Shown one piece after another: positions 9,740 to 18,645 of a DNA stretch of 64,000 bases. The notes beneath the pieces are model-generated. The model searched no databases. It was not told the origin of the DNA and saw nothing but the letters and a program-made list of their open reading frames with translations. The stretch comes from Alphaproteobacteria bacterium MarineAlpha9_Bin6 (GTDB taxonomy: Bacteria > Pseudomonadota > Alphaproteobacteria > UBA7887), in the NCBI GenBank assembly GCA_002937585.1, contig PTKE01000002.1, positions 912 to 64,911 of the forward strand, in the 5' to 3' direction. The position numbers were made by a program, and so were the translations under genes. Numbering within the stretch: position 1 is the stretch's first letter; the number at the start of each line of letters is the position of its first letter.

Positions 9740-11242
9740 TTACCAAATCGATGTGCCGGTTCCGGGCAGGCCGTACGCAGCCCACTTCTCCGTGACCCTC
9801 GCAATTACATCCTCGGTCATCGAGATCTTACGCCCCCACTCGCGGCTTGTTTCTGGGGGGATCTTATTGGTTGCGTCTAGTCCCATCTTCCCCCCAAGCC
9901 CCGGGTTTGGACTTGCAAAATCAAGATAATCGATCGGCGTATTGTCCAGCAATGTAACGTCGCGTACCGGATCCATCCGAGTTGCTACCGCCCACATTAC
10001 ATCCCGCCAATTTCGTGCGTCGATGTCATCGTCAACGACGATGACTATTTTTGTGTAGAGAAATTGACGCAAGTACGACCAGACACTCATCATGATCCGC
10101 TTGGCGTGCCCAGGGTAGGTTTTTTTTATTGAAACTATGGCAATACGGTAACTGCATCCCTCGGGCGGCAACCAAAAATCAACAATTTCAGGAAACTGCT
10201 GTGTCAGTAGTGGAATAAATAATTCGTTTAGCGCTTCGCCAAGTACACTCGGTTCGTCTGGCGGGCGGCCAGTAAAAGTGGATAAGTAAATTGGATTGTG
10301 TCGGCGTGTTATGGCGCTAATCGTAAACACGGGAAATTTCTCAGAAGAGTTGTAATAGCCTGTGTGATCGCCGTATGGGCCTTCGTCCCGATAATCGTCC
10401 AATGATACATGCCCTTCGAGCACTATTTCGGCTTCAGCGGGAACTTTAAGAGGGACTGTTTTGCAATTTACCAATTTCGTTTTTTTGCCCCGAAGTAGGC
10501 CGGCGAACTGGTATTCTGATAGAGATTCGGGAACCGGCGTGACGGCTGCAAGGATGGTAGCTGGATCGGCACCGATTACCGCTGCAGCCGGTAGAGGTTC
10601 CGGCCGCTCATTGGACCAACTTTGATAATGTTGGGCGCCTCCGCGGTGAGAGAGCCAACGCATTAAAGTTTGGTTGCGTCCTATGACCTGCATTCTGTAT
10701 ACGCCGAGATTAAAATTGTCCTCGTCTTTATTTCCGGGGCCTTTTGTGACCACGAGAGGCCACGTTATCAATGGAGCTGGCTCGTTCGGCCAACAGGTTT
10801 GTATGGGCATTGTTGCAAGATCGATGTCTTTTCCTTTGATGAGAAGCTCTTGAACAGACCCAGTTCGGAGAGTTTTCGGCTTCATTGCCATTGCGGTCTT
10901 GATGAGAGGAAACATTCCCATGGCCTCGCGCCAACCACCGGGTGGTTCGGGTTGCCGGAGCGCTGCCAATGTTTCTCCGAGATCTCTCAATTGACTAGGT
11001 TCTCGGTCCATGCCCCACGCAACACGTTTGGTGGTTCCAAAGAGGTTTACCAAAACAGGCATGTCGAATCGGTGCTTAGAGTCGACAACGTTTTCGAATA
11101 AAACTGCTGGTCCCTGTTGAGCAAGCAGGCGAGTTTGAATTTCCGTCATTTCCAGGACCGGTGATACAGGTTCGGAGACACGAACTAACTCGCCGGATTT
11201 TTCCAAGCGTTCGACAAAATCGCGCAAGCTCCCGTAAGGCAT
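9740..11242 (-). CDS. ubiD: UbiD family decarboxylase (4-hydroxy-3-polyprenylbenzoate decarboxylase)
   Basis: 500-aa ORF with UbiD family similarity across its length (PxxDxxxxE.G.Y region, C-terminal domain). Sits directly downstream of ubiA. Confidence 0.85.
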   Translation of the reverse strand: MPYGSLRDFVERLEKSGELVRVSEPVSPVLEMTEIQTRLLAQQGPAVLFENVVDSKHRFDMPVLVNLFGTTKRVAWGMDREPSQLRDLGETLAALRQPEPPGGWREAMGMFPLIKTAMAMKPKTLRTGSVQELLIKGKDIDLATMPIQTCWPNEPAPLITWPLVVTKGPGNKDEDNFNLGVYRMQVIGRNQTLMRWLSHRGGAQHYQSWSNERPEPLPAAAVIGADPATILAAVTPVPESLSEYQFAGLLRGKKTKLVNCKTVPLKVPAEAEIVLEGHVSLDDYRDEGPYGDHTGYYNSSEKFPVFTISAITRRHNPIYLSTFTGRPPDEPSVLGEALNELFIPLLTQQFPEIVDFWLPPEGCSYRIAIVSIKKTYPGHAKRIMMSVWSYLRQFLYTKIVIVVDDDIDARNWRDVMWAVATRMDPVRDVTLLDNTPIDYLDFASPNPGLGGKMGLDATNKIPPETSREWGRKISMTEDVIARVTEKWAAYGLPGTGTSIW

Positions 11243-11328
11243 TTTTTTAATTCTTTCGGACTTGGCCCTTGAAATAGGGGCTCCCTAACTAGGTTTGTCA
11301 AACTCGATGCGTGCTGCACTCTTTAATT

Positions 11329-12177
11329 TTAGCTAGCGAGAAAGCCAGCGAAAACAATAGCTGCAAAATAATGATTCGATTTAAACATCGTAAGGCAACT
11401 TTCAGGGTCGTCAAAGTCGACTGCATTCGCCTGCCAGGCGAGTTGAATACCTGCAATTGTTAGCCCTACGTAAGCTGGCCAATTGAGATCTGCAAGTAAC
11501 GCCGAAGCCGTTAGGCCCAACATCGTTAAAGAATAGAACACCGGTATTGCCAGCCGACTATATCGGCCAAGCCAGAGCGCTGATGATTTGACACCAATCA
11601 ACGCGTCATCGTCCTTATCTTGATGAGCGTAAATGGTGTCATATCCGAGAGTCCAAGCAACACCAGATCCATATAACACAAACACTTGCCAATCGAGTGA
11701 TCCCTTTACGGCTGACCAAGCGACTAGTGCCCCCCAGTTAAACGTCAACCCTAGCCAAATTTGCGGCCACCAGGTGATACGCTTCATAAAAGGATAGGCG
11801 ACAATTAGTGGAATGGAACAAAGGCCTATGAATACTGCTGTGTCGTTTAATTGCAACAGAATCAGCAATCCAGCTAGGCTTAGTGCGGACATAAATAGAA
11901 GGGCACGTATTACGGAGATTTGGCCACTTGCAATTGGTCTGTTTCGGGTGCGTGCGACAAGAGCGTCAAAGTCGCGATCGACGATGTCGTTAAAGATACA
12001 GCCCGCGCCACGCATCACGATTGCGCCGAGCAGAAACAGCAACAAGAAATTAAGTATTTCTTCAATCGTTGAGCTTGTAAGTGCCACAGCCAGCCAGCAG
12101 GGCCACAAAAGCAACCAATAGCCGATTGGGGCGTCTGCACGGATAAGCTGTAAATATGGCAATGCGGAGCGCAACAT
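11329..12177 (-). CDS. ubiA: 4-hydroxybenzoate polyprenyltransferase
   Basis: 282-aa polytopic membrane protein with the NDIVDRDFD aspartate-rich prenyltransferase motif (NDxxDxxxD) of the UbiA family. Confidence 0.85.
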   Translation of the reverse strand: MLRSALPYLQLIRADAPIGYWLLLWPCWLAVALTSSTIEEILNFLLLFLLGAIVMRGAGCIFNDIVDRDFDALVARTRNRPIASGQISVIRALLFMSALSLAGLLILLQLNDTAVFIGLCSIPLIVAYPFMKRITWWPQIWLGLTFNWGALVAWSAVKGSLDWQVFVLYGSGVAWTLGYDTIYAHQDKDDDALIGVKSSALWLGRYSRLAIPVFYSLTMLGLTASALLADLNWPAYVGLTIAGIQLAWQANAVDFDDPESCLTMFKSNHYFAAIVFAGFLAS

Positions 12178-12319
12178 TAATTTATACTTGGATGTTTCAG
12201 GTACCTTTAAGGGTGTGGGCGCTTTATTGGGTTTGAGTCGGGTGCTACGGCGGTTCCTTCGGTGTATGACATAACATGCTTATCTTTTATTTTAGTGGCT
12301 ATTTGGAATATTTCCGATC

Positions 12320-13069
12320 ATGCAAGGTGACAACGATAGTTCCGTGATTGCGCGTCTTTTCGTCGATACATCACTTAAGGCCCAGCAAGCGTTGAAAGCG
12401 AGCTCTTCTCAGGCGCATTATTTGCGACACGTGCTACGCGCTCAGACCGGGTCTCTGGTTGCCGTGTTTAATGGGATGGACGGAGAGTGGTTGGCACGAG
12501 TGAATTTGAGACATAGATCCAACTGTTCATTCATGGTCGAGCAACAACGTCGTCCCCAAGCGGAGGAGCACGGACCCTGGTTGCTGTTTGCGCCGGTCAA
12601 GCAGTTGAGGCTTGATTATTTGATCCAAAAATCCGTGGAGTTGGGTGTCGAATTGATTCAGCCGGTGCGGACCCGAAGGACGGTTGTGAGGAAAATTAAT
12701 CCAGATCGTCTTCATGCAAATGCGATCGAAGCGGCTGAACAATGCGGACGTTTGACCGTTCCTAAAACCTGCAACTATGCCGATATTTCGGATGTGGTAG
12801 AAGGTTGGCCAGTGAATCGAATGTTATTTTGGGGTGACGAAACTGGCCAGGGGACACCGGCATTGCCCGCCTTCAGGGAGGGTGGTAGGGATGCGGCGTT
12901 CTTAATTGGTCCCGAAGGCGGGTTTGAAAATTCGGAGCGCACGTTCTTGAGGGAGCAGCATTTTACTCGGGCCATTGATTTGGGGTCACGTGTTTTGCGT
13001 TCTGATACAGCTGCCATAGCGGCACTGGCCTTATGGCAAGGTGCACTTAACGATATTGCTGTAGCGTAG
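12320..13069 (+). CDS. rsmE: 16S rRNA (uracil1498-N3)-methyltransferase
   Basis: 249-aa ORF with the N-terminal PUA-like RLFV motif and a C-terminal SPOUT-class fold pattern (LLIGPEGGF). Confidence 0.8.
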   Translation: MQGDNDSSVIARLFVDTSLKAQQALKASSSQAHYLRHVLRAQTGSLVAVFNGMDGEWLARVNLRHRSNCSFMVEQQRRPQAEEHGPWLLFAPVKQLRLDYLIQKSVELGVELIQPVRTRRTVVRKINPDRLHANAIEAAEQCGRLTVPKTCNYADISDVVEGWPVNRMLFWGDETGQGTPALPAFREGGRDAAFLIGPEGGFENSERTFLREQHFTRAIDLGSRVLRSDTAAIAALALWQGALNDIAVA

Positions 13070-13164
13070 TGTAGAACAAGGCTAATTGCCGTTGCCAACA
13101 ATCGAGTTTATTTAGGCGTGCCGGCTTTGCTCTAACGGAGCGCTGGTCATTATCGGGAGGATGG

Positions 13165-14526
13165 ATGAGTCACGCTATTGAAAGCGATGAGCGGGTTACT
13201 GATAAACGGACTCTGATCGAATACCTCGAGCAGGGTTGTAGGCCCAAAGCCGATTGGCGAATTGGCACTGAGCACGAAAAAATCGGCTATCAACTGGATG
13301 ATCTCCGCCCTTTGCCATACGAGGGTGACTTCGGTATTTGCGCGATGCTCAAGGGATTGCAACGGTTTGATTGGTTGCCGGTGTTTGAACGCGGGAATGT
13401 CATCGCACTTACAAAGGATGGCCAATCCATCAGTTTGGAGCCAGGCGGGCAATTTGAGCTGTCTGGTGCAATGCTTGAGACAATTCATGAGACCTGTGCG
13501 GAGGTCAATGCTCATCTTGGGCAAGTCCGGGAGGTTGCTGAGGAGCTTGGGGTTGGATTTATTGGTATCGGCATGCAGCCAAAATGGGGACGCAACGTAA
13601 TTCCAGTAATGCCCAAAAGACGATACGATATCATGCGTGCCTATATGCCCACAAAGGGCGATAGGGGTCTTGATATGATGCTCCGAACCTGCACCGTGCA
13701 AGTCAACCTGGACTTCGCTTCAGAAGCAGACATGGTAAAGAAATTTCGGATTGCGCTCGCGCTTCAACCAATCGCAACTGCTTTGTTTGCTAATTCACCT
13801 TTCGTGGATGGGAAACCGAGCGGTTTTTTGAGCACTCGATCAGAGACCTGGTTTGATACCGATCCAGACCGTTGTGGAATCCCTAGGTTCGTATTTGAGG
13901 AAGGGATGAGCTTTGAACGTTATGTCGACTTTGCACTTGACGTTCCCATGTATTTCGTTCGCCGGGGTGATGATTATATCGATGCGAGTGGTCAGTCCTT
14001 TCGTGATTTCCTAACCGGGGAACTGCCGGCTTTACCCAGGGAACAGCCGACTTTTGGTGACTGGTCCGATCATCTAACGACTATTTTCACCGAGGTCCGG
14101 CTCAAACAATTTCTGGAAATGCGTGGCGCTGACGCCGGTTCTTGGAACAGGCTGTGTGCGCTGCCAGCGCTGTGGGTTGGATTGCTTTATGATTCATCTT
14201 CTCTAGATGCTGCTGCCGAATTGGTTAGGGATTGGAAGTATGAAGAAATCGTAGACCTAAGAGCGAAGGCAGCTCGCAGTGGGCTCAGGGCCGATTTTCG
14301 AGGATCCTCTGTGCGGGACATTGCTGACCAGATGCTTGATTTGGCGTCAGAAGGGCTTAAACGCCGCGCTTGTTTAGACAACGCTGGCAGTGATGAGACA
14401 GGCTTTCTGACACCGCTTCGCGGTGTTGTCCAATCAGGCCGCACGTTGAGTGAGGAATTGCTCGACGCTTTTAATGGCCGTTGGAGCAAGACGGTTGACC
14501 CGTTGTTTGGTGAATTCTCTTATTAA
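13165..14526 (+). CDS. gshA: glutamate--cysteine ligase, plant/alphaproteobacterial type (GCS2)
   Basis: 453-aa ORF with WRIGTEHEKIGY and other GCS2 family blocks. The length matches the alphaproteobacterial/plant GshA. Confidence 0.8.
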   Translation: MSHAIESDERVTDKRTLIEYLEQGCRPKADWRIGTEHEKIGYQLDDLRPLPYEGDFGICAMLKGLQRFDWLPVFERGNVIALTKDGQSISLEPGGQFELSGAMLETIHETCAEVNAHLGQVREVAEELGVGFIGIGMQPKWGRNVIPVMPKRRYDIMRAYMPTKGDRGLDMMLRTCTVQVNLDFASEADMVKKFRIALALQPIATALFANSPFVDGKPSGFLSTRSETWFDTDPDRCGIPRFVFEEGMSFERYVDFALDVPMYFVRRGDDYIDASGQSFRDFLTGELPALPREQPTFGDWSDHLTTIFTEVRLKQFLEMRGADAGSWNRLCALPALWVGLLYDSSSLDAAAELVRDWKYEEIVDLRAKAARSGLRADFRGSSVRDIADQMLDLASEGLKRRACLDNAGSDETGFLTPLRGVVQSGRTLSEELLDAFNGRWSKTVDPLFGEFSY

Positions 14527-14654
14527 CCGAGTTACCCTAATCGTGTGAGAGTCGCTGGTGTTCTATCCGTGCTGTAAGGACCTTCCGGAATTATTGAAGA
14601 CTTTTATCAATCAGGGCTATACCAACTGAATAGCTACTAACCAGAGGAAGTGCG

Positions 14655-15542
14655 ATGGCAAGTATTAATATCGAGTTTTCACGATTTTCGGCCTTCTATA
14701 CTCCTCTGATCATGACGATGGCCGGGGGCTTTTTGCAGCGTGAGGACCTTGAACCTCAATATAGTGTTTCCCCAGCTGGCACGTCCGCAATAGCCTCTTT
14801 GGTTGACGGATCCGTGCACGTCGTACAATCGGCACCGTCGCAAGCTTTTGCACTTCTAGAAAAAAACGAAATTCCCCCGGTAACTCACTTTGCCCAAATT
14901 AACGAAATGGATGGATTTTTTTTAAGTGGTAGAACCATCGATCCAGATTTTTCCTGGTCCAAACTGGTGGGCAAAAAAGTATTAGTGGATCATGGAGGGC
15001 AACCACTGGCTATGTTCAAGTATGCGTGCTTCAAAAAAGGCATAGACTTCACTGACATTGGCGTCGTTGATGCAGGTACGACCGATGAAATGGAGGATGC
15101 ATTTCGAGCCGGAGAAGGGGATTACGTTCACGCGCAGGGTCCCACACCACAGCAATTAGAGAAAAATGGTGTCGGCCACGTGGTCGCTTCAGTTGGTGAA
15201 GCAATTGGTCCATGTGCGTTTTCAAGTTTGGCTGCGATGCGTGATTGGTTGAACGGTGACATGGCTGCAGCTTTCATGAGGGCCTACCGTAACGCTCGAC
15301 AATTGATTAACAGCGCGCCTGCATCTGAAATTGCACAAATGGAGAGAGATTATTTTCCCAAAGTTGACTTGGATGTGCTCACTGACACTATCGGTTTTTA
15401 TCAGGGGTTAGGCTGTTGGACTCCGCACGTCGAAATTACGCATAACGCATTTGAGGCGGCCCTCGATATATTTTTGCATGCGGGCACGATTTCGAAGCGC
15501 CATGCCTATGAGTTGGCAATCTCAGCCCCGCCAGCCGCATAA
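14655..15542 (+). CDS. hypothetical protein, possibly NMT1/THI5-like periplasmic-binding-fold protein without signal peptide
   Basis: 295-aa ORF with no signal peptide. There is a weak resemblance to the NMT1/SsuA/THI5 substrate-binding fold (GFF..SG pattern), so the family call is tentative. Confidence 0.35.
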   Translation: MASINIEFSRFSAFYTPLIMTMAGGFLQREDLEPQYSVSPAGTSAIASLVDGSVHVVQSAPSQAFALLEKNEIPPVTHFAQINEMDGFFLSGRTIDPDFSWSKLVGKKVLVDHGGQPLAMFKYACFKKGIDFTDIGVVDAGTTDEMEDAFRAGEGDYVHAQGPTPQQLEKNGVGHVVASVGEAIGPCAFSSLAAMRDWLNGDMAAAFMRAYRNARQLINSAPASEIAQMERDYFPKVDLDVLTDTIGFYQGLGCWTPHVEITHNAFEAALDIFLHAGTISKRHAYELAISAPPAA

Positions 15543-15652
15543 ACATTTTTAAGGCCCTTACAAGGGTGTTTTTGTCTCATCTCAGACATGGTTATCTGCT
15601 ACGGAGAACTAGCGAGAGCTTCACGTCGGGCTGTAATGCGTCAGTTGCTATT

Positions 15653-17092
15653 TTATTCGAGTGCCTCGGTGCCGCCTACGGTGAGCCCATCAATTAACAG
15701 GGTAGGCTGGCCTACGCCCACTGGCACTAATTGTCCGTTTTTTCCGCAGGTACCGATGCCTGGATCAAACTCCATGTCGTTACCGACAGCTTTGACCTTT
15801 TTGAGAACTTCAAAACCGCTTCCAATAAGGGTTGCTCCCTTCACGGGTGCACCTATTGCCCCGTCCTTAATTTTGTAGGCTTCTGAAGCAGAAAATACAA
15901 ATTTTCCATTAGTGATATCAACCTGACCACCACCAAAATTCACTGCGTAAAGGCCGTTTTTTACCGAGCGCAAAATGTCCTCTGGGTGGTCCTTCCCAGC
16001 GCACATAATTGTATTCCGCATGCGTGGCATAGGCTGATGTGCAAAACTCTGGCGTCGCCCATTGCCCGTCGATCGTGTTCCCATCAGCCGCGCATTCATG
16101 CGGTCTTGCATATACGCAACCAAGATACCGTCTTCGATGAGTGTGGTTGATTGAGTGGGTGTGCCTTCGTCATCGATGGATAGTGATCCGCGGCGGTCGG
16201 TGATTACACCATCGTCCACCACCGTAACTCCAGGTGCAGCCACCCTCTCACCCATCAGGCCAGAAAACACGCTTGTCTTCTTCCTGTTGAAGTCGCCTTC
16301 TAGACCGTGGCCAATGGCCTCGTGCAACAGGATACCTGGCCAGCCGGGTCCGAGAACAACCTGCATTTCACCCGCAGGAGCTGGGTCAGCTTCCAGCAAT
16401 ATGTGTGCTTGGCGCAAAGCTTCATCAACATGGCTTTGCCAAGTCTCGGGTGCTAGCAGCAGATCATATCCGAACCGCCCCCCCGAACCGTAGCTGCCGC
16501 TCTCCATATGTTTATTGTCACCGATAACAACGGATACGCTAAGACGGACGAGAGGTCGGATATCCCCCGCAAGTTCGCCTCCAGATCGCATAATTTCAAC
16601 TGCTTGCCAGTTTCCGGTGAGTGATGCCATTACTTGGCGCACACGAGGGTCCTTTGTCCGGGCATAGGCGTCAATATCTTGCAATAACTTTACTTTAGTC
16701 TCGAATGGTGTTTCTTGAAGCGGGTTATCGTCTACATAAAGCTGCTGGTTTGTAGCTGCTGGCGCTGTTTCCATTTGGCCCGCTGCTCCGGATCGGACTG
16801 CTTTTACGGTGTCGCTCGCCCGTCGTATCGCATCTTCACTTAATTCCGACGCGTGACCATACCCTGTCGCTTCTCCAGAAATTGCGCGCAAACCGAATCC
16901 CTGTGAAGTATCAAAACTGGCTGCTTTAAGTTTGCCGTCATCGAAGGAAAAACTCTCAGATTGACGGTATTCTAAAAATAATTCACCGTCATCCGCACCG
17001 TGGAGTGCGTCACTCACGATTGACTCTACCCTTGCAGGTTCCAGGTCGGTACGGTCAAAAAACAATTTGTTGAGTTGGGCAATATCGGTCAT
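15653..17092 (-). CDS. tldD: metalloprotease TldD
   Basis: TldD family similarity across about 480 aa (HEAIGHGLEGDFNRK zinc-binding block). The ORF track extends to 17293, but the conserved N-terminus MTDIAQLNKLFF starts at the ATG at 17092. Confidence 0.85.
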   Translation of the reverse strand: MTDIAQLNKLFFDRTDLEPARVESIVSDALHGADDGELFLEYRQSESFSFDDGKLKAASFDTSQGFGLRAISGEATGYGHASELSEDAIRRASDTVKAVRSGAAGQMETAPAATNQQLYVDDNPLQETPFETKVKLLQDIDAYARTKDPRVRQVMASLTGNWQAVEIMRSGGELAGDIRPLVRLSVSVVIGDNKHMESGSYGSGGRFGYDLLLAPETWQSHVDEALRQAHILLEADPAPAGEMQVVLGPGWPGILLHEAIGHGLEGDFNRKKTSVFSGLMGERVAAPGVTVVDDGVITDRRGSLSIDDEGTPTQSTTLIEDGILVAYMQDRMNARLMGTRSTGNGRRQSFAHQPMPRMRNTIMCAGKDHPEDILRSVKNGLYAVNFGGGQVDITNGKFVFSASEAYKIKDGAIGAPVKGATLIGSGFEVLKKVKAVGNDMEFDPGIGTCGKNGQLVPVGVGQPTLLIDGLTVGGTEALE

Positions 17093-17178
17093 TAGTGAGA
17101 TCCTAGGTTTCGGGCATTTTCTGCGATGAACGAACTGTCTAATATGTACCTCATCCACTTGAGGTAGCCAACCAAACG

Positions 17179-17637
17179 ATGGTTTCAGGCACACCTCAAT
17201 CTTCGTATATAGTTGTAGATGGCATATCCTTGCCCTTAAACAGGACCCCCCCAACTCCTGGTGCCGTTGTAGTGGGGCCACAAAGAGGCCCAAGGGTAGT
17301 GCTTACCATGCCGACTTTCGACGGGTATGATCCCCTTCCCGCACAGAGTTTTTCGGAAGCGGCAGAAGTCTCTTCCCAATCGTGGCTTTGTTTGGCTGTC
17401 AGCCTTGATTATCCGCCGATTCGCGAGGCTTGGGGTGAGACTGCTGGATGGTTAGCGCCTGCGGTCGATTTTGCCGACTTTAAGGAACAGTTTGGGGTGT
17501 TTGCACCGCGCCTCGGCCTTCTCGTGCCAGCTTTATTCGTAATTGATACATCGGATCGCCTGCTTTATTGCGAGGTTGTAAACGCACTTGATGCTAAGGT
17601 TGATTTCAACGCGGCCCGTGAAGTGCTGCTAGGCTAA
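17179..17637 (+). CDS. Tpx (thiol peroxidase)-like redoxin-fold protein lacking the catalytic cysteines
   Basis: 152-aa ORF that aligns from memory with the E. coli Tpx C-terminal two-thirds (ALFVIDTSDRLLYCEVV vs AVVVIDENDNVIFSQLV; SLDYPP vs ADLPFA). The peroxidatic Cys (TGVCA context) and resolving Cys (RFCGAEG context) are replaced (DGYDPLPA and AWGETAG). Confidence 0.5.
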   Translation: MVSGTPQSSYIVVDGISLPLNRTPPTPGAVVVGPQRGPRVVLTMPTFDGYDPLPAQSFSEAAEVSSQSWLCLAVSLDYPPIREAWGETAGWLAPAVDFADFKEQFGVFAPRLGLLVPALFVIDTSDRLLYCEVVNALDAKVDFNAAREVLLG

Positions 17638-17661
17638 TGTCTCCATAAACCAAACTTTAAG

Positions 17662-18645
17662 TTGACCATCATGACTTTGCCTCTTGAAAACATTATGAAA
17701 TTTGGTGTGCAGACAATTTACCGTCGGACGGAGCCCGCTGTGGGTCCATGGACGCCAGATACAGAGGATGCACGGCGTCTTATTCGACTAGTTGATAATT
17801 TGGGTTACGATTCAATGTGGGTTGGAGATCACGTTGCATTTACAATTCCGATACTTGAATCCATTACCCAATTATCCTGGGCGTGCGGACAAAGTGAACG
17901 GCTCACCTTCGGGACGGGTATTTATCTGCTCCCTTTGCGCCATCCCACGCCAGTGGCTAAAGCGATTTCAACCCTTGATCATCTTTGTGGCGGGAAGCTG
18001 ATTTTCGGCGTTGGTGTTGGTGGGGAGTTTCCAAATGAATTTGAGGCCTGTGGAATACCGGTAAATGAACGCGGAGCGCGCTTGAACGAAGGCATAGCCG
18101 TGTTAAGGAAGCTGTGGCATGGCGGAAAGGTGAGCAACGACGGCAAGTTTTACCCATTCCCCGACATTGAACTGCTGCCAACGCCGCTCCAGAAAGGTGG
18201 TCCGCCAATCTGGTGTGGTGGGCGCTCAGAAGGTGCTCTGGCCCGAGCCGGTAAACTTTGCGATGGTTATATCTCCTATGTTGTAACTCCTGAAATGTTC
18301 AGCGACTCCATGGAGAAGATCAGTGCCGCCGCTGAGGCTGCGGGCCGTGATGTGGAAGCGTATGGCACTGGGCATCTCTTATTCTTGCGTATCGACGACA
18401 GTTACGAGAAAGCACTGGACGCTGCGACAGAAGCATTGAGTGTGCGCTATGCGATGGATTTTCGTCGCCCCGCGCAAAAATATTGTGCACTCGGCCCACC
18501 GGCAGATATTGCCGCTAAAATAGAGGCCTTTAAGGCCGCTGGAGTGCGTCATTTTGTGCTCGATTTTGTTGGGCCCTATGAGCAACGGGACCAGCAGATT
18601 ACGCGCTTCGCTAAAGAAGTACGCCCATTGTTGGGTGTGGCTTAG
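17662..18645 (+). CDS. LLM-class flavin-dependent oxidoreductase (luciferase-like monooxygenase family)
   Basis: 327-aa ORF with TIM-barrel LLM family blocks (MWVGDH, GGRSEGA). Its stop overlaps the GTG start of the downstream molybdenum-hydroxylase large subunit. Confidence 0.8.
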   Translation: MTIMTLPLENIMKFGVQTIYRRTEPAVGPWTPDTEDARRLIRLVDNLGYDSMWVGDHVAFTIPILESITQLSWACGQSERLTFGTGIYLLPLRHPTPVAKAISTLDHLCGGKLIFGVGVGGEFPNEFEACGIPVNERGARLNEGIAVLRKLWHGGKVSNDGKFYPFPDIELLPTPLQKGGPPIWCGGRSEGALARAGKLCDGYISYVVTPEMFSDSMEKISAAAEAAGRDVEAYGTGHLLFLRIDDSYEKALDAATEALSVRYAMDFRRPAQKYCALGPPADIAAKIEAFKAAGVRHFVLDFVGPYEQRDQQITRFAKEVRPLLGVA

